A stretch of DNA of 64,000 bases, from NCBI GenBank assembly GCA_050633305.1, contig JBOEGF010000027.1, positions 95,403-159,402 on the forward strand, in the 5' to 3' direction. Under the pieces are notes generated by a model that was given only the letters and a program-made list of their open reading frames with translations, made no database searches and was not told where the DNA came from. Positions 27,033 to 36,916 of the stretch are shown here, in pieces; position 1 is the stretch's first letter; the number at the start of each line of letters is the position of its first letter. The stretch is from Nannocystales bacterium. Its GTDB lineage: Bacteria; Myxococcota_A; Polyangia; Nannocystales; Nannocystaceae. The position numbers and the translations under genes were made by a program.

Positions 27033-29036
27033 TCACCGCGGGCTCGCGGCGATGTTGCCGCCATCGACCGTGATCACGCACCCTGTGGTGCTCTGTGCCG
27101 TTGCGAGATAGACGAACGCATCGGCAACATCGCCGGCCGTGACGTCACGTTGCAAGAGATTGGAGCGGAAGTATGCGTCCACGTCGAGGCCCCGTGCTTG
27201 CGCCCGCTTCTTGACGTCGTCTTCATCCAACAGCCGGGTCCGAATGCGGTCGGCGTTGATGGCGTTCGCACGAATCCCTGCGTCGGCCCCCTCGATCGCG
27301 TATTGCTTCATCAACGCGTACAGCCCGGCCTTGGCCACCGCGTAGGGACCAAAGCCTTTGCCGGGGTTGAACGCAGCCTTCGACACATTGAACAACAGGC
27401 TTCCGCCCCGTCCTTGTGCCCGGAGGACCGTCGTCGCGGCGGACGCCAGGCTCTGGTGCGAGCGAAGATTCACCGCCAGGCTCGCCTCGAAGACATCGGG
27501 AGGGCACTCGTGGATTGGGGCTTGCGGGGCGGTGCCCGCGTTGGAGATGACGTGGTCGAGCCCCCCGAACGCCTCCACACATGTGCGGACCGCCGCTGCA
27601 ACCGCGCCGGGGTCCGTGACATCGAGGACGGCGAACTCCGCACCGAGCGTCCGTGCGACCTCGGCCACCGCGGGGTCTCGGTCGATGAGAAACAACGCAG
27701 CCCCCTGTCGTCCGAACGCTTGCGCGGTGGCCTCTCCGATTCCGGATGCGGCTCCCGTCACCAGGACCACGCGGCCCTGCAGCGGTGCGGGCTTCTTCCG
27801 GCCCAGCTTCGCTTGTTCGAGGGACCAATATTCCATGTCGAACAGGTCCGCATCCGGCAGCGCGTGATAGCGGCCGACCGCCTCGGCACCCCGAATCACC
27901 TCGATGGTGTGCTCGTAGAGGTCGGCGGCGACACAAGCAGCTCTCCGGGTCGCGCCCGCGGCCACGATGCCGACGCCGGGGATCAGCGCGACAACGGGGT
28001 CCGCGGAGAGCTTGGTCCGCGTGACCCCCTTCTCCGCCACTTGGGCGTCGAAGTAGGCGTCATACCGGCGCCGAAACGCCTGGACCTGTTCCGCGACGTA
28101 GCTCGACCAGTCGGACCCGCCGGCCTCCGGGTCCAGAAGCAGAGGAACGGCCTTGGTTCGAATGACGTGGTCCGGCGTCGCGGTGCCGCGCTGCGAGAGC
28201 GATGCGACGTTGGGGTCCGACGCGAACGCGAGCGCCGCGTCCGTCGCACGACGCTCCAGAATCACATCGCCCAAGTGTCCACGGAGCGCGGGAGCCAGCG
28301 CGGCATAGTCGGCCCGTTTGGTGGCGACCGAGACCACGGTCCGTTTCCGCGCCACGTGAGCCTCGGCCAGACTCACAGCCTCGATGTGACGCTCGTAGGC
28401 CAACTTGGCGGAGTCACCGAAGGTGAACAATCCGTGCTGAACGAGGAAGAGGCCTTCGCAGTTGGGCTGCGCCTCGGACGCCTCGGCAGCGAGCTTGGCG
28501 AGCGCGAAGCCGGGCATCACATACGGAACGACGGCGAGCCGCTCGCCAAACACCTCGTGCGCGAGGTCTGCGGCCTGCGCTTGGTCGGCCAAAGACAGGA
28601 TCGCGTCGGCGTGTGAGTGGTCGATGAACCGGTGCGGCAAGAACGCGTGCAGGAGCGTCTCGACGGAGGGGTTGGGCGCACGGGCGTTGAGCAACCGAGT
28701 CCGGGCCGCATTGACCATGTCCTCGTCGGACAACGCCGCCAACGTGCGGAGCCGTGCGAGCGTGTCGAGCCGGACGGCGGGCAACCCGGCCGGCTCAATG
28801 CCCCCGAGGTCCCACCCGCTCCCCTTGACGCATAGAACGTCGACCGGGTCCCCCAGGTCGTCGGGGAGCTGAGTCTTGACCGAGGTGTTGCCACCACCGT
28901 GAAGGACCAGCGCCGGTTCGGCACCGATCAGTCGCGACGTGTAGACGCGAAGCGCCACGTCTTCGTTGCTGCCGGGCACACCTGCCCAGCGTTCCATAGC
29001 CGCTTTCGCCTCCGCGTCGGACCACCGCGATCGCAT
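27033..29036 (-). CDS. Bifunctional class II aldolase / short-chain dehydrogenase (rhamnulose-1-P aldolase/SDR-like)
   Basis: GGGNTSVK, PSVETLLH, HSHAD, TPDH, EYWSLEQAKL, then TGAASGIG and YAVAK. Confidence 0.9.
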   Translation of the reverse strand: MRSRWSDAEAKAAMERWAGVPGSNEDVALRVYTSRLIGAEPALVLHGGGNTSVKTQLPDDLGDPVDVLCVKGSGWDLGGIEPAGLPAVRLDTLARLRTLAALSDEDMVNAARTRLLNARAPNPSVETLLHAFLPHRFIDHSHADAILSLADQAQAADLAHEVFGERLAVVPYVMPGFALAKLAAEASEAQPNCEGLFLVQHGLFTFGDSAKLAYERHIEAVSLAEAHVARKRTVVSVATKRADYAALAPALRGHLGDVILERRATDAALAFASDPNVASLSQRGTATPDHVIRTKAVPLLLDPEAGGSDWSSYVAEQVQAFRRRYDAYFDAQVAEKGVTRTKLSADPVVALIPGVGIVAAGATRRAACVAADLYEHTIEVIRGAEAVGRYHALPDADLFDMEYWSLEQAKLGRKKPAPLQGRVVLVTGAASGIGEATAQAFGRQGAALFLIDRDPAVAEVARTLGAEFAVLDVTDPGAVAAAVRTCVEAFGGLDHVISNAGTAPQAPIHECPPDVFEASLAVNLRSHQSLASAATTVLRAQGRGGSLLFNVSKAAFNPGKGFGPYAVAKAGLYALMKQYAIEGADAGIRANAINADRIRTRLLDEDDVKKRAQARGLDVDAYFRSNLLQRDVTAGDVADAFVYLATAQSTTGCVITVDGGNIAASPR

Positions 29037-29098
29037 GCCCGCCTGTTAGCACGGACCGCAGCCCCAGAGCCATGCACGAACCCCAGCAGGTTCTCAGG

Positions 29099-29782
29099 CT
29101 ACCGTGGCGACTTGTTCGCCGCCTTGTACGCGGCGAGCACGTCTTTGCACGAGGGCGACGTCGCGACATCGCGCGGGCTCTTGAGCGTGCCCAGCAGTCG
29201 ATCGCCGCCCACAACGGTCACGCCCATCCAGTAATGCTCGTTCTTGAAGTGGTGCAGACGATGGTGGCGCACCAGGAACTTCAAGTACCGCGACCGAGGC
29301 TTATAGGTGCAGTGGCACAGGTAGTGCGTCCACTCGTACACCAGCGCGATCAGAACCGACGTGGCTGTGAACGTGGCGGCCAGGCCTTGCGGCAGGAGCA
29401 GGTGGGCCACGACGGCCACGCCCACGAACACCAAGATGCCGCTGAGCACCGGGATGAACCACCAACGGGGCGCATGTGGATCGGTGTGGTGAGACCGGTG
29501 ATCCCGCGCAAGCCGGGTGTCGAGCGTGACGGGCCCAACTTTACGGGGCCGTGCATGCAGCACGAACACATGGATGAACCACTCCGTCATCGGCTGCAAG
29601 GCAACCTGTAGGAACACCAGCCCGAGGTCCCAGACCGCAAATCCGCCAAGCCAAACCCGATACGCGACCGCGTACACGGCAAAGCCCACCAACAGGCGAG
29701 GCGATGCGTTGCGAAAGAACAGTCGCGCCGCGTCGGAGAGACGCAGCCCGGGCGCGCGCGGGTGGGTGGCAGTGGCGTTCAT
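29099..29782 (-). CDS. Sterol desaturase / fatty acid hydroxylase family protein
   Basis: His boxes HVFVLH, HRSHH, HYLCH, HRLHH. Confidence 0.85.
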   Translation of the reverse strand: MNATATHPRAPGLRLSDAARLFFRNASPRLLVGFAVYAVAYRVWLGGFAVWDLGLVFLQVALQPMTEWFIHVFVLHARPRKVGPVTLDTRLARDHRSHHTDPHAPRWWFIPVLSGILVFVGVAVVAHLLLPQGLAATFTATSVLIALVYEWTHYLCHCTYKPRSRYLKFLVRHHRLHHFKNEHYWMGVTVVGGDRLLGTLKSPRDVATSPSCKDVLAAYKAANKSPR

Positions 29783-30561
29783 GACAAGGGTCCTTCGGAG
29801 GAGGCGGAAGCGTCTGTTAAATTCGTATGGGGTGATTCTTGTTCAGCCGCCAGGGCTTCGAGCAGGTCGAAGACTCGGGCGGTGCCGCGTTGTACGAGGG
29901 CTTCGGCGGCTGCTCGAGCGGCGTCACCGTCTTCGGCCTGCACCGCGTCCAGGACGTCGCGGTGACCGCCGACATCGGAGACCTCGTCCGCCATGATCAC
30001 CACCAACGCACCGCGGATGAGCTCGTACGTGTCGCGCAATGTGTTGAACGAGAGCCGATACGCGACGTTGTCGGCGGCGCGGACGAGCACGTCCCAGAAC
30101 TCGAGGGAGTGGCTCTGCAGGACACCGAGGTCTTCGGTCCCGCCCATCGCAGTGACCAGTGCCGCGAGCTGCTGGACCGTCGCGTCGTCTCGGCGGGTGG
30201 CCGCCAGTCGTGCCACGTCGGGCGCGAGCGCAGAGCGCATCTCCATGACCGAGCGTGCGACGCGGACATCGATCTCTCCGTCGGCGCGGATCATGAGCGA
30301 GCCGAGCAGGTCGAGGCCGGCGGTCTTTCGATAGTCGAGAACTCGGGTTCCGCCGCCCTGCTGAATCTGGACCAGCCCGCTTTGGGCCAGTCGCTTCAGC
30401 GCCTCGCGGACGGCTCCCCGATTGACGCCGAGCACCTGCACCAGCTCGCGCTCGGAGGGCAGCAAGACTCCCGGCTCCATACGCCCATCCACGATTTCTC
30501 GGGAGAGCTGCTCGAACACCTGATCCGAGATGGTGCGGCGGTCGATCTTCTGAAGACCCAT
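29779..30561 (-). CDS. GntR (FadR subfamily) regulator
   Basis: LPSERELVQVLGVNRGAVREAL; start probably ATG 30561. Confidence 0.9.
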   Translation of the reverse strand: MGLQKIDRRTISDQVFEQLSREIVDGRMEPGVLLPSERELVQVLGVNRGAVREALKRLAQSGLVQIQQGGGTRVLDYRKTAGLDLLGSLMIRADGEIDVRVARSVMEMRSALAPDVARLAATRRDDATVQQLAALVTAMGGTEDLGVLQSHSLEFWDVLVRAADNVAYRLSFNTLRDTYELIRGALVVIMADEVSDVGGHRDVLDAVQAEDGDAARAAAEALVQRGTARVFDLLEALAAEQESPHTNLTDASASSEGPLS

Positions 30562-30595
30562 CGGACTCATCATGAGGCCGAGCCACCGGACCTTC

Positions 30596-30611
30596 AACTG
30601 GTCATACCATT
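30596..30611. promoter_or_regulatory. Candidate FadR-type operator
   Basis: AACTGGTCATACCATT (TGGT-N3-ACCA) just upstream of the GntR gene. Confidence 0.55.
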
Positions 30612-30704
30612 AAACTGTCAGAGCGGTGGATTTGGGACGGTCGACAGCGGCTCTCAGCGGCTCGCGCAACTCCCGCCCCCCTCCGAGTCCGGTATCATCC
30701 TTCT

Positions 30705-32303
30705 ATGCTCCCGCTTCGGCTCGGCTCGACCGCGTTGCTCCTCGGTCTGTTCACGGTCGCATGCGACTCCGACCCCACGGCGGGAGGCGGCACTGACGGG
30801 GGAACCGGAAGCAGCGGCGGTACTGACGCCGTCATGGTCACGACGGATGTCACCGACCCGACGGCCCCCACGGACCCGTCGACGACGAGTCCAACGGGCC
30901 CCAGCGAGACGTCCGGGCCACCCACCGACGGCACCACATCCGACGCCACCACCACGACTCCCCCGGACTCGAACGGGCCCGACTGCGGGGACGGAGTCGC
31001 CGAGGGTGACGAGGAGTGTGACGGCGAAGACCTCGGAGATTGGGAATGCTCTGCGTTCGGGTTCATCGAGGGCACGCTCAGCTGCAACGAGATCTGCCAG
31101 CTCGAGTTCGATGACTGTCAGGCGTTCGCCTGCGGCGACGGGGAAGTAGAGCGGCGGGAAGTCTGTGACGGGGACAACCTGGACGAGCAAACCTGCGTCA
31201 GCCTCGGCTTCGACAACGGCACCCTCGCGTGCGCCGACGACTGCTTCGGGTTCGACACCGCCGGGTGTGGCACCTGCGGCGACGGCATCGTCGATCAGGC
31301 GGAGACCTGCGACTCAGCGGAGCTCGGCGATGAAAGCTGTCTGGAGCAGGGCTTCGACGGTGGCACGCTTGGCTGTGCCTCCGACTGCCTCGGCTACGAC
31401 ACGTCGAACTGCACGACCTGCGGTGATGGAAGCGTCGAGGGCACCGAGCAATGCGACGGGAACAACCTAGACGGGGGGAACTGCAGTTCTCAGGGATACG
31501 ACGCCGGAACTCTCCAGTGCAGCGGAAGCTGCGAGTTCGACGAGAGCGAGTGCTTCGACAACACCAACTGCTGTTTCGAGAACGGGAGTGCAGGATGCGA
31601 GGACACCGCGGTGGAGACCTGTGTCTGCGCTGCGGATGCGTTCTGCTGCAACACGGACTGGGATGAGCTGTGCGTCAACCGGGCGATCGACGAGTGCGGT
31701 GCGCAGTGTTCTCTGTGCGGGAACAGCAACCTCGAGGACGGCGAGGTCTGCGACAACAACCAGTTCGGCGGAGCCACATGCGTCACGATGGGCTTCGACA
31801 ACGGGGGGCTGTCGTGCACCAACGACTGCGGCACCATCAGCACGGCCAACTGCGGCACCTGTGGCAATGGGTCCATCGATCCCGCGGAGGACTGTGATGG
31901 GGGCAACCTTGGCGGGCAGTCCTGCGCAAGCCAGGGATTCGACGGCGGCACCCTGTCCTGCAATGCAAACTGCCTGAACTTCAACACCAGCAATTGCATC
32001 GAAATCCCCAGCTGGTCGATGGATGTGCACCCGATCTTCAACGCGAACTGCGGCTGTCACGGATCGGGCTTCGCACCGTGGGCCGGCAACCCCAACGCGG
32101 CCGCGGCCTACGATGCCATCGTCGACGTTTCGGCGGGCGGCGGCCTGCTGTGGATCGACTCGGGCGATGCCAACAACAGCTACATCGTGGACCGAATCGA
32201 GGGGATAGGCGGCTTCATGCCACCAGCTCCGTCCACGCCGCTGAGCGCGGGCCAGGTCCAGACGATCCGCGACTGGATCGACGGGGGCGCGCCGGAGAAC
32301 TGA
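30705..32303 (+). CDS. Cys-rich repeat lipoprotein with C-terminal cytochrome c-like domain (CxCH)
   Basis: Lipobox TVAC, Thr/Pro linker, about six CG(D/N)...E.CD...L...C...G(F/Y)..G.L.C repeats, then HPIFNANCGCH...MPP...IRDWIDGGA. Confidence 0.85.
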   Translation: MLPLRLGSTALLLGLFTVACDSDPTAGGGTDGGTGSSGGTDAVMVTTDVTDPTAPTDPSTTSPTGPSETSGPPTDGTTSDATTTTPPDSNGPDCGDGVAEGDEECDGEDLGDWECSAFGFIEGTLSCNEICQLEFDDCQAFACGDGEVERREVCDGDNLDEQTCVSLGFDNGTLACADDCFGFDTAGCGTCGDGIVDQAETCDSAELGDESCLEQGFDGGTLGCASDCLGYDTSNCTTCGDGSVEGTEQCDGNNLDGGNCSSQGYDAGTLQCSGSCEFDESECFDNTNCCFENGSAGCEDTAVETCVCAADAFCCNTDWDELCVNRAIDECGAQCSLCGNSNLEDGEVCDNNQFGGATCVTMGFDNGGLSCTNDCGTISTANCGTCGNGSIDPAEDCDGGNLGGQSCASQGFDGGTLSCNANCLNFNTSNCIEIPSWSMDVHPIFNANCGCHGSGFAPWAGNPNAAAAYDAIVDVSAGGGLLWIDSGDANNSYIVDRIEGIGGFMPPAPSTPLSAGQVQTIRDWIDGGAPEN

Positions 32304-32360
32304 CCGGCTCAGGGCCGAAAGGCCTGAGCAACGCGCCGGGGCGGCGTTATCCTGCTGCGG

Positions 32361-35003
32361 ATGAAGGACCCCGCGCCCCAGCCGATCCATCGCAAGGACT
32401 ACCAGCCTCCTGCGTTCGTCATCGACACGGTCGAGCTGCACTTCGACTTGCAGGAGTCCTTCACCACCGTTCGCGCGTCGATGAAGCTGCGTCGAAACGG
32501 ATCCCATGGAGACGACCTCGTGCTGCGAGGAGAACGCCTCGAGCTCGTCTCGGTCCTCATCGACGGAGTTCCCCGCGACGCGGACTCGCTGCACGTCACG
32601 GAGGAACACCTGAAGATCCCCGGCGTCCCCGATGCCTTCGAGCTCCGCACGGAGGTCCGCATCAAGCCGCAGGAGAACACCGAGCTCAGCGGGCTGTACA
32701 AGTCCAGCGGGAACTACTGCACGCAGTGCGAGGCCGAGGGATTCCGGCGCATCACCTACTTTCTCGACCGCCCGGACGTGATGGCTCGCTACCGCACCAC
32801 GATCGTCGCGGACAAAGCCGCCTACCCCGTGCTGCTCTCCAATGGCAACGCGGTCGAACGTGCCGACCTGGATGACGGGCGGCACACGGTCACCTGGGAA
32901 GACCCCTACCCCAAGCCCAGCTACCTCTTCGCTCTCGTCGCCGCTGATCTCAGCTGCAAAGAAGGCACGTTCACGACCCGCAGCGGCCGCGAGGTCAAGC
33001 TCGAGATCTGGGTCGAACACCAGAACATCAGCGCCTGCGACCACGCCCTCGTCTCACTGCAGAAGTCGATGAAGTGGGACGAAGAGGTGTTCGGGCTCGA
33101 ATACGACCTCGACATCTACATGATCGTGGCCGTCTCGGACTTCAACATGGGCGCGATGGAAAACAAGGGCCTGAACGTCTTCAACTCGAAGTACGTCCTG
33201 GCGCGGCCCGAGACCGCCACGGACGATGACTTTGAGGGCGTCGAAGCCGTCATCGCCCATGAGTACTTCCACAACTGGACCGGCAACCGTGTCACATGCC
33301 GAGACTGGTTCCAGCTGACGCTCAAGGAGGGCCTCACCGTCTTCCGCGATGAGCAATTCACGGCCGACATGACGTCCCCTGCGGTCAAACGCATCCAGGA
33401 TGTCCGCGTGCTCCGAGCCGCGCAGTTCGCCGAGGATGCCTCGCCCACCGCCCATCCGATTCGCCCCGACGCGTACATCGAGATGAACAACTTCTACACG
33501 GTCACCGTGTACAACAAAGGCGCGGAGGTCATCCGGATGATGCACACGCTGCTCGGGCCGGAGGCGTTCCGCAAAGGCATGGACCTCTACTTCGAGCGAC
33601 ACGACGGCCAGGCCGTGACGTGTGACGATTTCCGGGCCGCGATGGCCGATGCAAGTGGGGTCGACCTCGAGCAATTCGGACTTTGGTACAGCCAAGCCGG
33701 CACCCCGCGGCTGCGCGTCTCCGGCGAGCACGATGCCGCAGCGCAAACCTACAGCCTCACGCTCGAGCAGCTGGCCCCAACCGCAGGCGGCCCGGCCGAG
33801 TACGCACCGATGCATTTGCCGATCGCAACGGGGCTGTTGGCTCCCGACGGCACCGACCTCGAAGTCCGTCTCACCGACCCCGCCGTGACCGTCCGAGGCA
33901 CCACGGCGATCTTGGAGCTTCGAGAGCAGAAGCAAACCTTCACCTTCGCGGGCGTGAGTGCGCCTCCCCAGCCCTCGGTGCTGCGCGGATTCTCGGCCCC
34001 GGTGAAACTCGAGCAGGAGCGCTCCGGCGAGGAACTCGCGCTGTCGATGGCCCACGACTCCGACAGCTTCAACCGCTGGGACGCCGCGCAAAGCTTCGCG
34101 TCCGACTTGCTACTCGCGCTCACCGAAGCGCGGGCCAGTGGAGCCGAAATGGTGGCCGACCCGCGATTTACCGCAGCCTTCGGCGCCCTCCTCCAAGACC
34201 CAGAGCTCGATCCGTCGCTCGCAGCGCTCTCCCTGGTCCTTCCCGACGAGCGCGTGCTGGGGCAGCGACAGGACGTGGTCGATGTCGATGGGATCCACGC
34301 GGCCAGGACGTTCCTGCGCCGCACCCTCGCACAGGCCCACGCGCCTCGGCTGTGGGACGTCTACCGAGACCTCGTCGAACGCACCACCCCGTACGCCCAC
34401 GGAAAAGACGCCAACGGCTGGCGTCGACTCAAGAACGTCGTGCTCAGCTACCTGGTCTCGACTGCCGATCCGGCGGCGATCGAAGCCGCACGAACCCAGT
34501 TCGACCGGGCGGACAACATGACCGACGCCCAGGCCGCGCTCTCCCTGCTCGTCGACCAGGACCACCCCGCCCGGGACGAGGCCCTCGGTGCATTCTACGA
34601 ACGCTGGAAGAACCAACCTCTGGTGCTCGACAAGTGGTTCGCGGTCCAGGCGATGGGCGAGCTTCCCGACACCTTGGATCGCGTCAAGGCGCTGCGGGCC
34701 CACGCCGACATGAAGCTGACCAACCCCAACCGGATCCGCAGCCTCATGGGGACCTTTGCGGTACGCAACCAGGTCCGTTTTCACGCCGCAGACGGGCGCG
34801 GGTACGACCTGCTCGCCGACACCATCCTCGAACTCGACCCACTCAACCCGCAGGTCGCCGCGCGATTGACCGGCGCCTTCATGTCTTGGAGAAGGTTCGA
34901 CGACGACCGCAAGGCGCTGATGAAGGCCGCCCTGCAGAGGATCCGCGAGACCGAAGGACTCAGCCGCGACGTCTCCGAACTCACCTCGAAAGCACTCGCC
35001 TAG
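32361..35003 (+). CDS. pepN: Aminopeptidase N
   Basis: TQCEAEGFR, GAMEN, HEYFH...E, NPNR, NPQVAARL. Confidence 0.97.
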   Translation: MKDPAPQPIHRKDYQPPAFVIDTVELHFDLQESFTTVRASMKLRRNGSHGDDLVLRGERLELVSVLIDGVPRDADSLHVTEEHLKIPGVPDAFELRTEVRIKPQENTELSGLYKSSGNYCTQCEAEGFRRITYFLDRPDVMARYRTTIVADKAAYPVLLSNGNAVERADLDDGRHTVTWEDPYPKPSYLFALVAADLSCKEGTFTTRSGREVKLEIWVEHQNISACDHALVSLQKSMKWDEEVFGLEYDLDIYMIVAVSDFNMGAMENKGLNVFNSKYVLARPETATDDDFEGVEAVIAHEYFHNWTGNRVTCRDWFQLTLKEGLTVFRDEQFTADMTSPAVKRIQDVRVLRAAQFAEDASPTAHPIRPDAYIEMNNFYTVTVYNKGAEVIRMMHTLLGPEAFRKGMDLYFERHDGQAVTCDDFRAAMADASGVDLEQFGLWYSQAGTPRLRVSGEHDAAAQTYSLTLEQLAPTAGGPAEYAPMHLPIATGLLAPDGTDLEVRLTDPAVTVRGTTAILELREQKQTFTFAGVSAPPQPSVLRGFSAPVKLEQERSGEELALSMAHDSDSFNRWDAAQSFASDLLLALTEARASGAEMVADPRFTAAFGALLQDPELDPSLAALSLVLPDERVLGQRQDVVDVDGIHAARTFLRRTLAQAHAPRLWDVYRDLVERTTPYAHGKDANGWRRLKNVVLSYLVSTADPAAIEAARTQFDRADNMTDAQAALSLLVDQDHPARDEALGAFYERWKNQPLVLDKWFAVQAMGELPDTLDRVKALRAHADMKLTNPNRIRSLMGTFAVRNQVRFHAADGRGYDLLADTILELDPLNPQVAARLTGAFMSWRRFDDDRKALMKAALQRIRETEGLSRDVSELTSKALA

Positions 35004-35166
35004 CCGCGCGCTGGTTACGCAGCGAGGTCTGACACCCACGTCACACCCCGGTGTTCGAGGCCACACAAGCCCTCAGCGCCGGTTGGGACTCGCGTTTGCA
35101 GCGTCTGTGGGTGACCAGCATCTTGGAGGTGCGGCCTCGGCAGGCTCGCGACTTGGACTTCCTACG

Positions 35167-35772
35167 ATGCTGCGCTCCGTGACTCGTTCTTTCCGTCCCC
35201 GACTTCCAACGGTCTTCAGCCTCGCCCTGGGTTGCGCGCTGCTCGTCGGGTGTGAGGACCCCTCAACCGGCGGTTCGGAGACCGCCGACGACACGGGCAG
35301 TGACAGCGGTGAGTCCGGCGAAGAAGTGGTCGGGTTCCTCGCCGTCGGCTTCGGCGAGACCAGCTTCACACCGATCGAGGACGGTGGAGAACTCGAGGTG
35401 GTCTGGGGGTCTCAGGGCGCGGCCATGATTCCGCTGCCCATCCGCGCCGGTGGCATCACGGTTCCCGACGACCCGCGGGACTACACCGATGAGCGTGCAC
35501 CACTGCTCGATGTGACCCTCGACGTCGACGGCGAGGAGGCGGGGTTCTGCGGCCACTTCAAGTGCGTCTCCAACTACCCGATGTCCTTCGACGTCCTCAG
35601 CGACGGTACCTACGAGTTCATGTACGTACGCGTGATCATGCCCGATGGGGTCGACGTGCAATCGCTCGACGGAAAGACCGCGTCGCTGCGGGTCGAGCTC
35701 AGTCCCATCGACTCCGGCACGCTCGTCGAGGAGTTTGAGCTGACTCTCCTCGCCGCGCCTCCGCCCGTGTAG
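35167..35772 (+). CDS. Hypothetical lipoprotein
   Basis: Lipobox LVGC; acidic linker; coherent ORF between pepN and rnd. Confidence 0.7.
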   Translation: MLRSVTRSFRPRLPTVFSLALGCALLVGCEDPSTGGSETADDTGSDSGESGEEVVGFLAVGFGETSFTPIEDGGELEVVWGSQGAAMIPLPIRAGGITVPDDPRDYTDERAPLLDVTLDVDGEEAGFCGHFKCVSNYPMSFDVLSDGTYEFMYVRVIMPDGVDVQSLDGKTASLRVELSPIDSGTLVEEFELTLLAAPPPV

Positions 35773-35823
35773 GGGTCTGAGGTTCGGACCTACCGGACGC
35801 CCAGTCCGACGCCGGGCGACCGC

Positions 35824-36912
35824 TCAGCGACGGAGTCCTGCAAGCACCTTCTCGATGCCCTTGCCGTAGCGCTCTCGCTCCCAGTCATCAAGCGACGAGA
35901 CGTCACCATCGACCACGGACATCAGCCCGGCCCGGTCGATCACGATCTCGGGCTCCAGACCCAAGCGCGCCGCCTCGGCTTTCCGCCACGCCTTCATGGC
36001 GTCGACACGTTCGGAGCGCGCCCGGTCAGGCTTCGGCCGCTGGGGAGGCGGGCACGGGGTCTCGACCGCCGAAGCGACCAGTGCGAGCAGGTCGGGTCCG
36101 TCCCGGCGCGCGACCGGCTTGGGCATGCCCTTGACGGCCGCCAGGTCGTTGCGCGTCGTCGGGCATCCACGCGCCAAGCCCATCATGGCCATCTCCGGCA
36201 ACACCCGAAACGGAGGCCGGTCCAGTTGCTCCGCCCGTTGCTCCCTCCACGCAAACACGGCCTTGAGCACCGAACGACCCGCTTCGTCCAGATCTCGGGC
36301 GCCCTTGTACTTCCAGTAGCCATCGGGGTCGAAGGGCCGCTCCCGAGGCAAGACCGCGGTCTGACGGATGCAGGCACGGTCGAACATTTCGCGATGCGGG
36401 CCTTCATCGAGCGCCGCGCCTTGCAGGTCGGCCAAGCGCAGGAGGTAGTGCGTATCAAAGCGGGCGTAGGCCAACGCCGCGTCCGACAGTGGCCGCTGTC
36501 CCCAGTCGTAGCGCTGGAAGGCCTTGTTGGCTTTGAACTCGAAGTGCTCATCGAGTAGCGAGGCCAGGCCGCACTTGGGCCAACCCAAGACCCGCGCGGC
36601 GAGCATGGTGTCGAAGAGGTTCTGAATCCCGATCTTCTGCGTCCGCCTGAAGATCAGGACGTCGTAGTCGGCACCATGCATGACCTTCTGGATCCCCGGG
36701 GACTCCAAGACCTTCCCCAACGGCGCCAAGTCGACGGCCAAAGGGTCGATGAGGATGTCCGTGTCCGCGGTGCTGACCTGCACCAGGCAGATCCGCTCGT
36801 GATACGCGAACATCGAGTTCGCTTCGGTGTCGACTGCGATCCGCGACTCGCCGGCCAGGCGTTCGCACCACGTCTGCAGAGACTCGTTGGTGTCGACCCA
36901 GTGCGCGTCCAC
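35824..36912 (-). CDS. rnd: Ribonuclease D (DEDD exonuclease plus HRDC)
   Basis: AVDTE, CLVQVS, KVMHGADYD, FDTMLAA, DWGQRPL, YARFD, WREQRA; GTG 36912. Confidence 0.9.
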   Translation of the reverse strand: MDAHWVDTNESLQTWCERLAGESRIAVDTEANSMFAYHERICLVQVSTADTDILIDPLAVDLAPLGKVLESPGIQKVMHGADYDVLIFRRTQKIGIQNLFDTMLAARVLGWPKCGLASLLDEHFEFKANKAFQRYDWGQRPLSDAALAYARFDTHYLLRLADLQGAALDEGPHREMFDRACIRQTAVLPRERPFDPDGYWKYKGARDLDEAGRSVLKAVFAWREQRAEQLDRPPFRVLPEMAMMGLARGCPTTRNDLAAVKGMPKPVARRDGPDLLALVASAVETPCPPPQRPKPDRARSERVDAMKAWRKAEAARLGLEPEIVIDRAGLMSVVDGDVSSLDDWERERYGKGIEKVLAGLRR

Positions 36913-36916
36913 CGAC

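Noticed and set aside
30980..32000. CRISPR or DNA-level repeat array
   Set aside because: Repeats are degenerate in-frame Cys-rich protein repeats; no identical repeats with spacers and no cas genes in the window
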